DNA of 64,000 nt from Clostridia bacterium (GTDB lineage: Bacteria; Bacillota; Clostridia; UMGS1883; UMGS1540). This document shows, piece by piece, positions 17,928 through 26,045 of this stretch; position 1 is the first letter of the stretch, and the number at the start of each line of letters is the position of its first letter. The notes beneath the pieces were generated by a model. That model was not told the DNA's origin and did no database searches. It saw nothing but the letters and a program-made list of their open reading frames with translations. A program made the position numbers and the translations under genes. The stretch is taken from assembly GCA_045533905.1 (NCBI GenBank), contig JAZSIR010000016.1, positions 1-64,000 of the forward strand, written 5' to 3'.

Positions 17928-18899
17928 ATGAAAAAAATAGCAGGCATTTTAGCCGCCGTTCTTTTGGTCACAGCACTTGGCGGCTGTTATAAGTCCGAAA
18001 CCACGCTTGATTTCAATGCAAGCGGCGGTGTTGAGGTAACATCCGTGCTTCTGGCAAGCCCGGAAATGTATGAAGCAGCAGGCGTTGCTGATGCCGATGC
18101 CCTTATCGAGACCTTTTCGGAGGAAACACTCGATTTATATGCATCTATGTACGGGATGAAGGAAACAGGTGAGCGCATTGAAATGACGCGCGTGGATGCG
18201 GAAGAAGCAGGCATGAGCGGGGCACTCCTTCGTATGCAGTATAAAAACGTCACCGACCTTACAAGCTCCTTCACGCTTCTTAATTTCCTCCGTGCCACGC
18301 CGCTTGTAGAAGATGGCGCAGGAAACGGCCTCAAGATTGAAGAAGAACGCACACTCTTCGGTACCCGGTACACAGGCTCCGGCAAAATCAACCTGTTTGT
18401 AGGGGACGATTATAAGACGGAGTATGACACGGCAGACGAAGCTACCAAGGCAAAAATCAGCGAAGCCGCGGCAAGCATCACCTTCAAGTTCCCGTTGGCT
18501 TTCTCGAAGAGCAATGCGGATAAGGCCGGTCTTTTCGGAAGCTCTCTTACCTGGGCGGTAACGGCAGAAGCGCCCGAAAAAGAAGTATACTTTACCGCGA
18601 CAGCCATAAATCCCGTGATTTTCGGTATGGCAATTGCGATTCTGATTCTCCTCATCGTGCTCATTGTGGTTCTGCGCAAGAAGAATGCCGGCCCCGATGC
18701 ATATTTCATCGACGAAGAGGGGAATGCAATTCCCGTATTTGATGAAGAAGAGGAAGCTTTCGATGAGGAAGAAGAATTCGAACTCGAAGAAGGCGAGGCC
18801 GAGGAAGTTGTTTCTGAAGAAGAACTGACGGAAACGGAAGAAATTCCAGCGACAGAAAGCGAGGAAGAACCCTCCGCTGAAAGCGAAACAGAAGAATAA
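17928..18899 (+). CDS. Lipoprotein with C-terminal TM helix and acidic tail (LppM-like architecture)
   Basis: Lipobox LGGC; TM helix VIFGMAIAILILLIVLIVVL-RKK; Glu-rich C-terminus. Confidence 0.75.
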   Translation: MKKIAGILAAVLLVTALGGCYKSETTLDFNASGGVEVTSVLLASPEMYEAAGVADADALIETFSEETLDLYASMYGMKETGERIEMTRVDAEEAGMSGALLRMQYKNVTDLTSSFTLLNFLRATPLVEDGAGNGLKIEEERTLFGTRYTGSGKINLFVGDDYKTEYDTADEATKAKISEAAASITFKFPLAFSKSNADKAGLFGSSLTWAVTAEAPEKEVYFTATAINPVIFGMAIAILILLIVLIVVLRKKNAGPDAYFIDEEGNAIPVFDEEEEAFDEEEEFELEEGEAEEVVSEEELTETEEIPATESEEEPSAESETEE

Positions 18900-18904
18900 A
18901 ATAT

Positions 18905-18931
18905 AGAGGCTACCCTCGGGGTAGCCTCTTT
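18905..18931. terminator. Terminator between convergent genes
   Basis: AGAGGCTACCC-tcg-GGGTAGCCTCT. Confidence 0.75.
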
Positions 18932-18934
18932 CCG

Positions 18935-19696
18935 CTAGTATAAAAGGTCAGATACCGTGGCCGAGGCACTGTGCCGAAGTGCCTCGGAAACGGCCGTCTC
19001 TGTGAGCATTTTCCCACTGCCGCGCACGCGGAAGCGGGCGTGATAAAAAGGGGAAAAGGCGTGCGAAAGTGATAAAAGCGAATCCTCTTTTGAAACGATA
19101 AAGGTACGTTTTTTGTGACTACCTGCCGCTTTCTTTTGCAGAATAGGGGAGGAAAGCGGAATCAGTCGTCTCTGCATAAGCAGAAGCGTGGCAATGGCGG
19201 CTAAAAACGGCGAAGGAAGCCGAAAGGCAAAATAGAAAAGCCCCGCACTGATAAAAAGCGCGGTGCGGCGTAAAATGCGGTTTCCGCGAAAGGTGCCGAA
19301 AATCCGCCAGAGAAAAAGCCGGAAGAGCCGGCCGCCGTCAAGCGGCAAGGCAGGCAGAAGATTGATACAGAATAGTGTGCCGTTTATGCGACCGATGGCA
19401 GTATCCCGAAAAAGAAAAAAGAGAAGAAGACTGCCGAGAGGACCCGCGAGCACGACTTTCATTTCCGCCGAAAGAGAGGACTTTCCAAGCCGCAGATGGC
19501 AGCCGTAGGGCAGAAGCGCAACGGACAGAACCGGCACGCGGAGCACGCGTGCGGTCATATAGTGGCACCCTTCGTGTACTGCCGCAAAGAAGAGGGCAAG
19601 CCACAGCTGTGCACCCTCGGGCGAAAAGAAAGAAAGCGCGGCTAAAAGCAAAAGGCCCACGTGTAAATACACATGGCGAAAGATGCGTATATACAT
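18935..19696 (-). CDS. M50 family site-2 protease, SpoIVFB-like
   Basis: HEGCH (HExxH), LAGP, NLLPALPLDGG; hydrophobic. Confidence 0.85.
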   Translation of the reverse strand: MYIRIFRHVYLHVGLLLLAALSFFSPEGAQLWLALFFAAVHEGCHYMTARVLRVPVLSVALLPYGCHLRLGKSSLSAEMKVVLAGPLGSLLLFFLFRDTAIGRINGTLFCINLLPALPLDGGRLFRLFLWRIFGTFRGNRILRRTALFISAGLFYFAFRLPSPFLAAIATLLLMQRRLIPLSSPILQKKAAGSHKKRTFIVSKEDSLLSLSHAFSPFYHARFRVRGSGKMLTETAVSEALRHSASATVSDLLY

Positions 19697-19743
19697 AGGA
19701 AAAACACCTCTTTCTAAAAAATATGCAGCTTTTTTAAAAAAAA

Positions 19744-19770
19744 GAAGGATTTTTTAATTTTGTGGCGAAT
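19744..19770 (+). promoter_or_regulatory. Putative SigH-type promoter of ppdK
   Basis: GAAGGATTT...GAAT with 17 nt between AGGA and GAAT. Confidence 0.6.
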
Positions 19771-19829
19771 ACTGCTATGGTATTTTAATAGGAAGAAAAA
19801 GAATGAGAAAAATGAAAGGAGTGATTCAC

Positions 19830-22454
19830 ATGGCAAATAAGTATGTTTATTTGTTTAGTGAAGGCGATGCGAGCATGCGTAACCTCCTCGGTGGTAAGGG
19901 CGCAAACCTCGCAGAAATGACGAAACTCGGCATGCCTGTTCCGCAGGGCTTTACCGTAACGACGGAGGCATGCACACGTTACTATGAAGATGGTAAACGA
20001 ATTCATGAAGATATCCAGGCAGAAATCATGGAATACATCGGCAAGATGGAGAAAGTTACCGGCAAAAAGTTCGGCGATATGGAAAATCCGCTTCTGGTTT
20101 CCGTTCGTTCCGGTGCACGTGCTTCCATGCCGGGCATGATGGACACGATTTTGAACCTCGGTTTAAACGAAGATGTTGTAGAAGCACTTTCTGCAAAGAG
20201 CGGCAATCCGCGCTGGGCTTGGGACTGCTACCGTCGCTTCATCCAGATGTACTCGGATGTTGTTATGGAAGTAGGTAAGAAGTACTTCGAACAGCTTATC
20301 GACATTATGAAGGAAAAGAAGGGCATCACGCAGGACGTGGACCTTACTGCTGACGATTTAAAGGAACTGGCAAGCCAGTTTAAAGCCGAATACAAGGCAA
20401 AAATCGGCGCTGACTTCCCGACAGATCCGAAGGAACAGCTCATGGGCGCGATCCAAGCTGTTTTCCGTTCTTGGGACAACCCCCGTGCAAACATCTACCG
20501 TCGTGACAACGATATCCCGTATGACTGGGGTACAGCTGTTAACGTACAGATGATGGCATTCGGTAACATGGGCGAAACCTCCGGTACAGGCGTTGCCTTT
20601 ACCCGTAACCCCGCAACCGGCGAAAAGAAACTCTTCGGTGAGTTCCTTATGAACGCACAGGGTGAAGACGTTGTTGCCGGTGTTCGCACACCGCAGAAGA
20701 TTGACCAGTTAAAAGAAGTTATGCCGGAAGTTTACGAAGAATTCACAAAAATTTGCGGCAAGCTGGAATCGCACTACAGAGATATGCAGGATATGGAGTT
20801 TACGATTGAAGATAAGAAGCTCTATATGCTCCAGACAAGAAACGGTAAGAGAACAGCCGCAGCTGCTCTTAAGATTGCTTGCGACCTTGTAGACGAAGGT
20901 ATGATTTCCGAAAAGGAAGCCGTTTTGATGATCGACCCGAGAAACCTTGACACGCTTCTCCATCCGCAGTTTGACCGTGCAACGCTTGATAAGGTAGAAC
21001 CCTTAGGCCGCGCACTTGCTGCATCTCCCGGTGCTGCTTGCGGTAAGGTTGTTTTCACGGCAGATGATGCCAAGGCATGGGCAGAACGTGGCGAAAAGGT
21101 TGTTCTCGTTCGTCTTGAAACCTCTCCGGAAGACATCGAAGGTATGAAAGCCTCCCAGGGTATTCTCACCGTTCGCGGCGGTATGACCTCCCACGCAGCT
21201 GTTGTTGCCCGTGGTATGGGTACCTGCTGTGTATCCGGTTGCTCGGCCATTGCAATGGACGAAGAAAATAAGGTATTCACACTCGCCGGCAAGACCTTCC
21301 ACGAAGGCGATGAAATTTCGATTGACGGTTCTACCGGCTGCATCTACGATGGTCTCATCCCGACAGTGGACGCTTCCATCGGCGGTGAATTCGGCAGAAT
21401 CATGGATTGGGCTGACAGCTACAGAGTGCTCAAGGTTCGCACCAATGCAGATACACCGGAAGATGCCGCACGTGCAAGAAGCCTCGGTGCAGAAGGTATT
21501 GGCCTTTGCCGTACAGAACATATGTTCTTTGAAGCAGATAGAATTGCCGCTATCCGCGAAATGATCTGCTCCGATACAAAGGAACAGAGAGAAGCCGCAC
21601 TTGCAAAGCTCGAACCGATGCAGCAGGGCGACTTTGAAAAGCTCTACGAAGTAATGGAAGGCTACGGCGTTACCATTCGTTTCCTCGACCCGCCGCTCCA
21701 TGAATTCGTTCCCACAGAAGAAAAGGACATTGAAGCACTTGCCAAAACACAGGGCAAAACGGTTGAGGAAATCAAGACCATTATTGCTTCTCTCCACGAG
21801 TTCAACCCGATGATGGGTCACCGTGGCTGCCGCCTTGCCGTAACATATCCGGAAATTGCAGCTATGCAGACCCGTGCCGTTATCAAGGCCGCTATCAACG
21901 TTTCGAAGAGAAAGAACGTAAAGATTGTTCCGGAAATTATGATTCCGCTCGTAGGCGAAATCAAAGAACTTGCATTTGTTAAGAAGGTTGTTGTGGAAAC
22001 GGCTGACGCTGTTATCCGCGAGCTGGGCGCAGATATTACCTACACAGTAGGTACAATGATTGAAATCCCGCGTGCAGCACTCACAGCTGACGAAATCGCC
22101 AAGGAAGCAGAATTCTTCTCCTTTGGTACAAACGACCTTACGCAGATGACCTTCGGCTTCTCTCGTGACGATGCCGGCAAGTTCCTCGATGCCTACTATG
22201 ACACGAAGATTTACGAACATGACCCGTTTGCAAAGATTGACCAAAAGGGTGTTGGTAAACTCGTGAAGATGGCAGCTACGCTCGGCCGTGAAACCCGCCC
22301 CGACATTAAGCTCGGTATCTGCGGCGAACATGGTGGCGACCCGTCTACCGTAGAGTTCTGCCATAAGGTAGGACTCACCTACGTATCCTGCTCGCCGTTC
22401 CGCGTGCCGATTGCACGTCTTGCAGCAGCACAGGCAAAACTCCGCGAAGAATAA
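19830..22454 (+). CDS. ppdK: Pyruvate, phosphate dikinase
   Basis: LLGGKGANLAEM, SMPGMMDTILN, GGMTSHAAVVAR, GICGEHGGDP; start MANKYVY after AAAGGAGTGA. Confidence 0.98.
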   Translation: MANKYVYLFSEGDASMRNLLGGKGANLAEMTKLGMPVPQGFTVTTEACTRYYEDGKRIHEDIQAEIMEYIGKMEKVTGKKFGDMENPLLVSVRSGARASMPGMMDTILNLGLNEDVVEALSAKSGNPRWAWDCYRRFIQMYSDVVMEVGKKYFEQLIDIMKEKKGITQDVDLTADDLKELASQFKAEYKAKIGADFPTDPKEQLMGAIQAVFRSWDNPRANIYRRDNDIPYDWGTAVNVQMMAFGNMGETSGTGVAFTRNPATGEKKLFGEFLMNAQGEDVVAGVRTPQKIDQLKEVMPEVYEEFTKICGKLESHYRDMQDMEFTIEDKKLYMLQTRNGKRTAAAALKIACDLVDEGMISEKEAVLMIDPRNLDTLLHPQFDRATLDKVEPLGRALAASPGAACGKVVFTADDAKAWAERGEKVVLVRLETSPEDIEGMKASQGILTVRGGMTSHAAVVARGMGTCCVSGCSAIAMDEENKVFTLAGKTFHEGDEISIDGSTGCIYDGLIPTVDASIGGEFGRIMDWADSYRVLKVRTNADTPEDAARARSLGAEGIGLCRTEHMFFEADRIAAIREMICSDTKEQREAALAKLEPMQQGDFEKLYEVMEGYGVTIRFLDPPLHEFVPTEEKDIEALAKTQGKTVEEIKTIIASLHEFNPMMGHRGCRLAVTYPEIAAMQTRAVIKAAINVSKRKNVKIVPEIMIPLVGEIKELAFVKKVVVETADAVIRELGADITYTVGTMIEIPRAALTADEIAKEAEFFSFGTNDLTQMTFGFSRDDAGKFLDAYYDTKIYEHDPFAKIDQKGVGKLVKMAATLGRETRPDIKLGICGEHGGDPSTVEFCHKVGLTYVSCSPFRVPIARLAAAQAKLREE

Positions 22455-22464
22455 GATGAACCTT

Positions 22465-22500
22465 AAAAAGGCCTTGTTGGTTTTCCAACAAGGCCTTTTT
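22465..22500 (+). terminator. Rho-independent terminator of ppdK
   Basis: AAAAAGGCCTTGTTGG-TTTT-CCAACAAGGCCTTTTT. Confidence 0.88.
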
Positions 22501-22508
22501 GCATATTT

Positions 22509-22576
22509 GACAAGACATTTGACTATGTGACATGTCTTGTCGGAGTATTGTAAGCTGAAAGTGGGATTGGTATAAT
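22509..22576 (+). promoter_or_regulatory. SigA promoter with upstream inverted repeat
   Basis: GACAAGACAT-13nt-ATGTCTTGTC then TTGTAA-17nt-TATAAT. Confidence 0.6.
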
Positions 22577-22611
22577 AGACATAGAATCACACATTCGGAG
22601 GAGGAAGCAGT

Positions 22612-23994
22612 ATGGCATATACATGTAAAAGTTGGGAGCCACTTTGGGACTATTATTTCATTGACAAAGAGAAAACCACGGCCCGCCTTAGCGTGAATAG
22701 GCTGCAGAAGCAGGAGGTTATGTTTGAATATAAACTTCCGCACGGGCGTGAAATTTTTTATCCTGTTATTTTTAAGGACGGCGATATTTACCGTATGTAC
22801 TACGGCTCAGGGTTCCGATACAAGGACCCCGAAACCGGAAAACTGAACGAGGATAATACAATGGGTTGCTACGCCGAAAGCCGCGACGGGAAAACTTGGG
22901 AATTCCCGAATCTCGGTATTTATGGCGACAACAATATCATTATTGATTATCCCGGTGAGCCGTTCGGCGGTTTTTGTGCGTTTCGTGACGAGAACCCCGA
23001 TTGCCCGCCCGAAAGCCGTTATAAGGCGATTATGCGTGTAGAGGACGGATGCAAGGTGTTCGCCGAAGGCGGTACGCTTGCGGCCTTTATAAGTGCCGAC
23101 GGCATCCACTTTGAAAGAATCGAAAATATCGCCAAAGAACCGGGCAAGTTCGATTCTTTGAATACGGTCTTTTGGGACAAATACGATAAAGAATATAAGA
23201 TTTTCTACCGCGACTTTGATAACGGCAGAAGAAACATCAAGATGATGACCTCGAAAGACTTTAAGACATGGGAAAGACATGGCTTCATTCAGTTTGATGA
23301 CGATGTGAAGTTTGCGCTTTACACGAATAATATCCGAAGATATTCTTCGGCACCCCACATGTTTATCGGTCTGCCTGTAAGATATGAAGACCGCGGAGAA
23401 ACCTGGTCGCCCTCGCATGATGCACTTCCTGACGTCGAGTCCAGAAAGTGGCGCTATAGCCTGCATCCACGTGCCGGCACCACAATGACGGATACGGTGT
23501 TCATGACTTCGCGCGATGGTCTCCATTGGCATAAGTTCAATGAAGCGATTTGCGACGCCGGCTATGAAGCACCGCGCACATGGAAATATGGCGATCTCTA
23601 TTTCAGCTACGGCTTTATTGAGGACGAAACAGAGCTCAGCCTCTTCTGTTCCGACTCCACTATAGAGGGCGATTACACGGCGTTTGTCCGCTACTCTATC
23701 CGCCGCGACGGCTTCGCCTCGTTTAAGAGCGGCTGGGAGAAATCTTGTCTCGTAACAAAACCGATGATTCTCGGCGGCGATACGATGTTCTTGAATTTCC
23801 GCACAAGCGGCTCGGGCACCATCCGCATCAAAATCACCGATGCGGAAGGCAACACCGCGCAGAGCTGCGATATTTTCGGAAATAACGTGCACCGCGAAAT
23901 TGTGTTTGATAAACCGCTTTCTGATTTTGCGGGTAAAGAAGTTACTATGGAAATGGAACTGCAGGATGCGGAAGTATTTGCTTTTGGCTTCTAA
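22612..23994 (+). CDS. Uncharacterised beta-propeller glycoside-hydrolase-like protein with Asp-box motifs
   Basis: Four SxDGxxW-like motifs (SRDGKTW, SADGIHF, SKDFKTW, SRDGLHW), YRMYY, RRDGFAS; strong RBS; no signal peptide. Confidence 0.65.
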   Translation: MAYTCKSWEPLWDYYFIDKEKTTARLSVNRLQKQEVMFEYKLPHGREIFYPVIFKDGDIYRMYYGSGFRYKDPETGKLNEDNTMGCYAESRDGKTWEFPNLGIYGDNNIIIDYPGEPFGGFCAFRDENPDCPPESRYKAIMRVEDGCKVFAEGGTLAAFISADGIHFERIENIAKEPGKFDSLNTVFWDKYDKEYKIFYRDFDNGRRNIKMMTSKDFKTWERHGFIQFDDDVKFALYTNNIRRYSSAPHMFIGLPVRYEDRGETWSPSHDALPDVESRKWRYSLHPRAGTTMTDTVFMTSRDGLHWHKFNEAICDAGYEAPRTWKYGDLYFSYGFIEDETELSLFCSDSTIEGDYTAFVRYSIRRDGFASFKSGWEKSCLVTKPMILGGDTMFLNFRTSGSGTIRIKITDAEGNTAQSCDIFGNNVHREIVFDKPLSDFAGKEVTMEMELQDAEVFAFGF

Positions 23995-24006
23995 TTTGAA
24001 AATAAT

Positions 24007-24030
24007 AAAAGGACGCGAGCGCGTCCTTTT
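24007..24030. terminator. Bidirectional terminator
   Basis: AAAAGGACGCG-AG-CGCGTCCTTTT. Confidence 0.8.
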
Positions 24031-24031
24031 G

Positions 24032-24550
24032 TTATTTTCTTTTTTTCAGAAGCGGCAGAATATCATATCGAACCGTGGCAATCATAATCGACGAGAACAA
24101 AAAAGTCTCCGTAATCATGCCGGGGTAGGAATGATATACATAGTTATAAATAAACCAAAGTGGCGAAGACGGGGCGGAAACAAGCCGCACAAGCCGCGGA
24201 TTCTTCACCCAGAAGGCAATCGTAGTCAGAAGAATTGCTACGATGGGGAGAAGGCTGATGGCGCCGTCCCAGAAGAAAATGCCAACGGCAATGAAAATAC
24301 CGCAGAATAGGAAAAACCAGCCGTGATGCGCAGCCCATGCCTTATCTTGATTCGAAAAAACAATAGCACGGAAAATGCCGATGCCGTTTAAAATCGAACC
24401 GAGCGGTGCTCGCAGCATATAAAAATGTACGCAGAAGAACACGGATGAAATAATCTGCAGCGTTACCACGCGCTTTTGCGTAGGCTGCTGAAAGGATATC
24501 ATCGAGATGATAAGGGCAATGACGCCAATGCCCTGTGCAATATAAAACAT
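24032..24550 (-). CDS. YgjV family inner membrane protein
   Basis: IAQGIG..SFQ, HFYML, SLLP, WFIYN..SYPGM pattern; multi-TM. Confidence 0.8.
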   Translation of the reverse strand: MFYIAQGIGVIALIISMISFQQPTQKRVVTLQIISSVFFCVHFYMLRAPLGSILNGIGIFRAIVFSNQDKAWAAHHGWFFLFCGIFIAVGIFFWDGAISLLPIVAILLTTIAFWVKNPRLVRLVSAPSSPLWFIYNYVYHSYPGMITETFLFSSIMIATVRYDILPLLKKRK

Positions 24551-24588
24551 AGCTTTCTCCTTGCGTTTTTTTTGTGAAAACCCGTTCG

Positions 24589-26034
24589 TTATTCACCTTC
24601 GTAGAACACGCAGGGCGTTTCTTCTCCCAAAAGTTCCGTTATGGTTTTCTCGGCACCGTCGAAGGGTTTTACGCCGTCATAGATCCAGCCGAGAGCGCCG
24701 TCGCGTCTTTGAATATAGACATTATCAAAGGTGCGGATTTTCTTGTCGTTTTCGTTTGCATAGCGGACGATACCGCCGGCACAGCGGTCAAAAATGTTAT
24801 TGTAAGCAATGTGGTTTTCCGTATCCCGGCAAAGCCCGAAGCTGTTGAAAAGTGCGGCCGCATTTTCTCTGCCGCGGCTTCCCCAGCCATACCCGCCGAG
24901 GCGCAGGATATTATGATGTATACGGACGTTGTGAACATATCGTACATTGTCCGGCGTTTCCATATTGTAGAATTCTATGGACCAATGGCAAAACTCGCAA
25001 AGATTGCCGACGTACCGGATATCATCCATAAGGGAAGTGGGAGGTATTTGTGAACACTGATGGGTAATGGCAGTGTCGTAGATCTGATATATCCAGTTAC
25101 CGTACACATAGAAGCCGTCACAACCGCCGAAGGATTCCACGGCATTGCCGAGGCCTACCGTCCGCTTGTTTTTATCGTATACTCTCCATATAGAGCCGCC
25201 CAGATAGCAGAATATGCAGTTGCGGACCGTTACATTTTTTCTTCCGTCAAGACCTGAAACTGCACAGCGCCCCACATATTTGATAAGGAGGTTATCAAAC
25301 GTGATGTCCTCCTGTGCATTCGGGGTTGCGTGGATGAGGTTATAATCTTCACCGAATTCTATGCTGTCATACACCTCGCCGGGATTGCCTTTGTCACAAT
25401 ACAGATATGTAATTGCCTCGTCCGGATTGCTGTGAAAATTAAACTCTTTGCAAAGCTGATGCGGCCCTTCAAAGCCGTCTTTCCCGAGGAGGTTGCGGTA
25501 GCACATAATCTCGTCATACTTACCGAGCACATCCGAATGGTTAATGGCGATCATACCTACATTATTGGAGCACAGGTCGGTATACCAAACATTTTCATAT
25601 TCGCTCTTTTTCCAGTATTCCGGTTTGGCATAGTTTCTGTAAGAACCGTAGAGACGGGGCTTTTGCCCCGTGCCATATGCGGAGAAGGTCATATGGGAGT
25701 GGGGGATTTGGATTTCTCCGCGCCAGATGCCACCGCGCTTAAAGAGGATATTGCACCCGGCAAATGTTTTCTCGGGGTCGTTTACATTTTTAAGCGTCTG
25801 CCAGGCGGTGGCAGGTGTTCTGCCGTCATTGTTATCATCGCCGGCATTGGAAATGTAAAAGCACGGGAGAGAAGCATCATATTCGCTGGGCGAATTGGTG
25901 ATTTCCTGTTTCATTTTTTCGGCAACCGTATCAATTCCGCTTTCAAAATCAGTATAGGTCTTATAATTTTGCATAAGCAGTTCATCGATGCAGGTTACCG
26001 CATTTTTGGTGCTTTCGGGCATACTGATTTTCAT
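24589..26034 (-). CDS. Hypothetical protein with predicted parallel beta-helix (pectin lyase-like) fold
   Basis: YISNAGDDNNDGRTPATAWQTL, ILFKRGGIWRG, SAYGTGQKP, repeated V/I-x-x-N strands; no signal peptide. Confidence 0.65.
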   Translation of the reverse strand: MKISMPESTKNAVTCIDELLMQNYKTYTDFESGIDTVAEKMKQEITNSPSEYDASLPCFYISNAGDDNNDGRTPATAWQTLKNVNDPEKTFAGCNILFKRGGIWRGEIQIPHSHMTFSAYGTGQKPRLYGSYRNYAKPEYWKKSEYENVWYTDLCSNNVGMIAINHSDVLGKYDEIMCYRNLLGKDGFEGPHQLCKEFNFHSNPDEAITYLYCDKGNPGEVYDSIEFGEDYNLIHATPNAQEDITFDNLLIKYVGRCAVSGLDGRKNVTVRNCIFCYLGGSIWRVYDKNKRTVGLGNAVESFGGCDGFYVYGNWIYQIYDTAITHQCSQIPPTSLMDDIRYVGNLCEFCHWSIEFYNMETPDNVRYVHNVRIHHNILRLGGYGWGSRGRENAAALFNSFGLCRDTENHIAYNNIFDRCAGGIVRYANENDKKIRTFDNVYIQRRDGALGWIYDGVKPFDGAEKTITELLGEETPCVFYEGE

Positions 26035-26045
26035 TTCAGTCCCTC

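Noticed and set aside
21003-22364. 453-aa antisense ORF in ppdK (similar ones in rpoB, rpoC and the SBP gene)
   Set aside because: Same codon-bias artefact; fully overlaps a confident gene.
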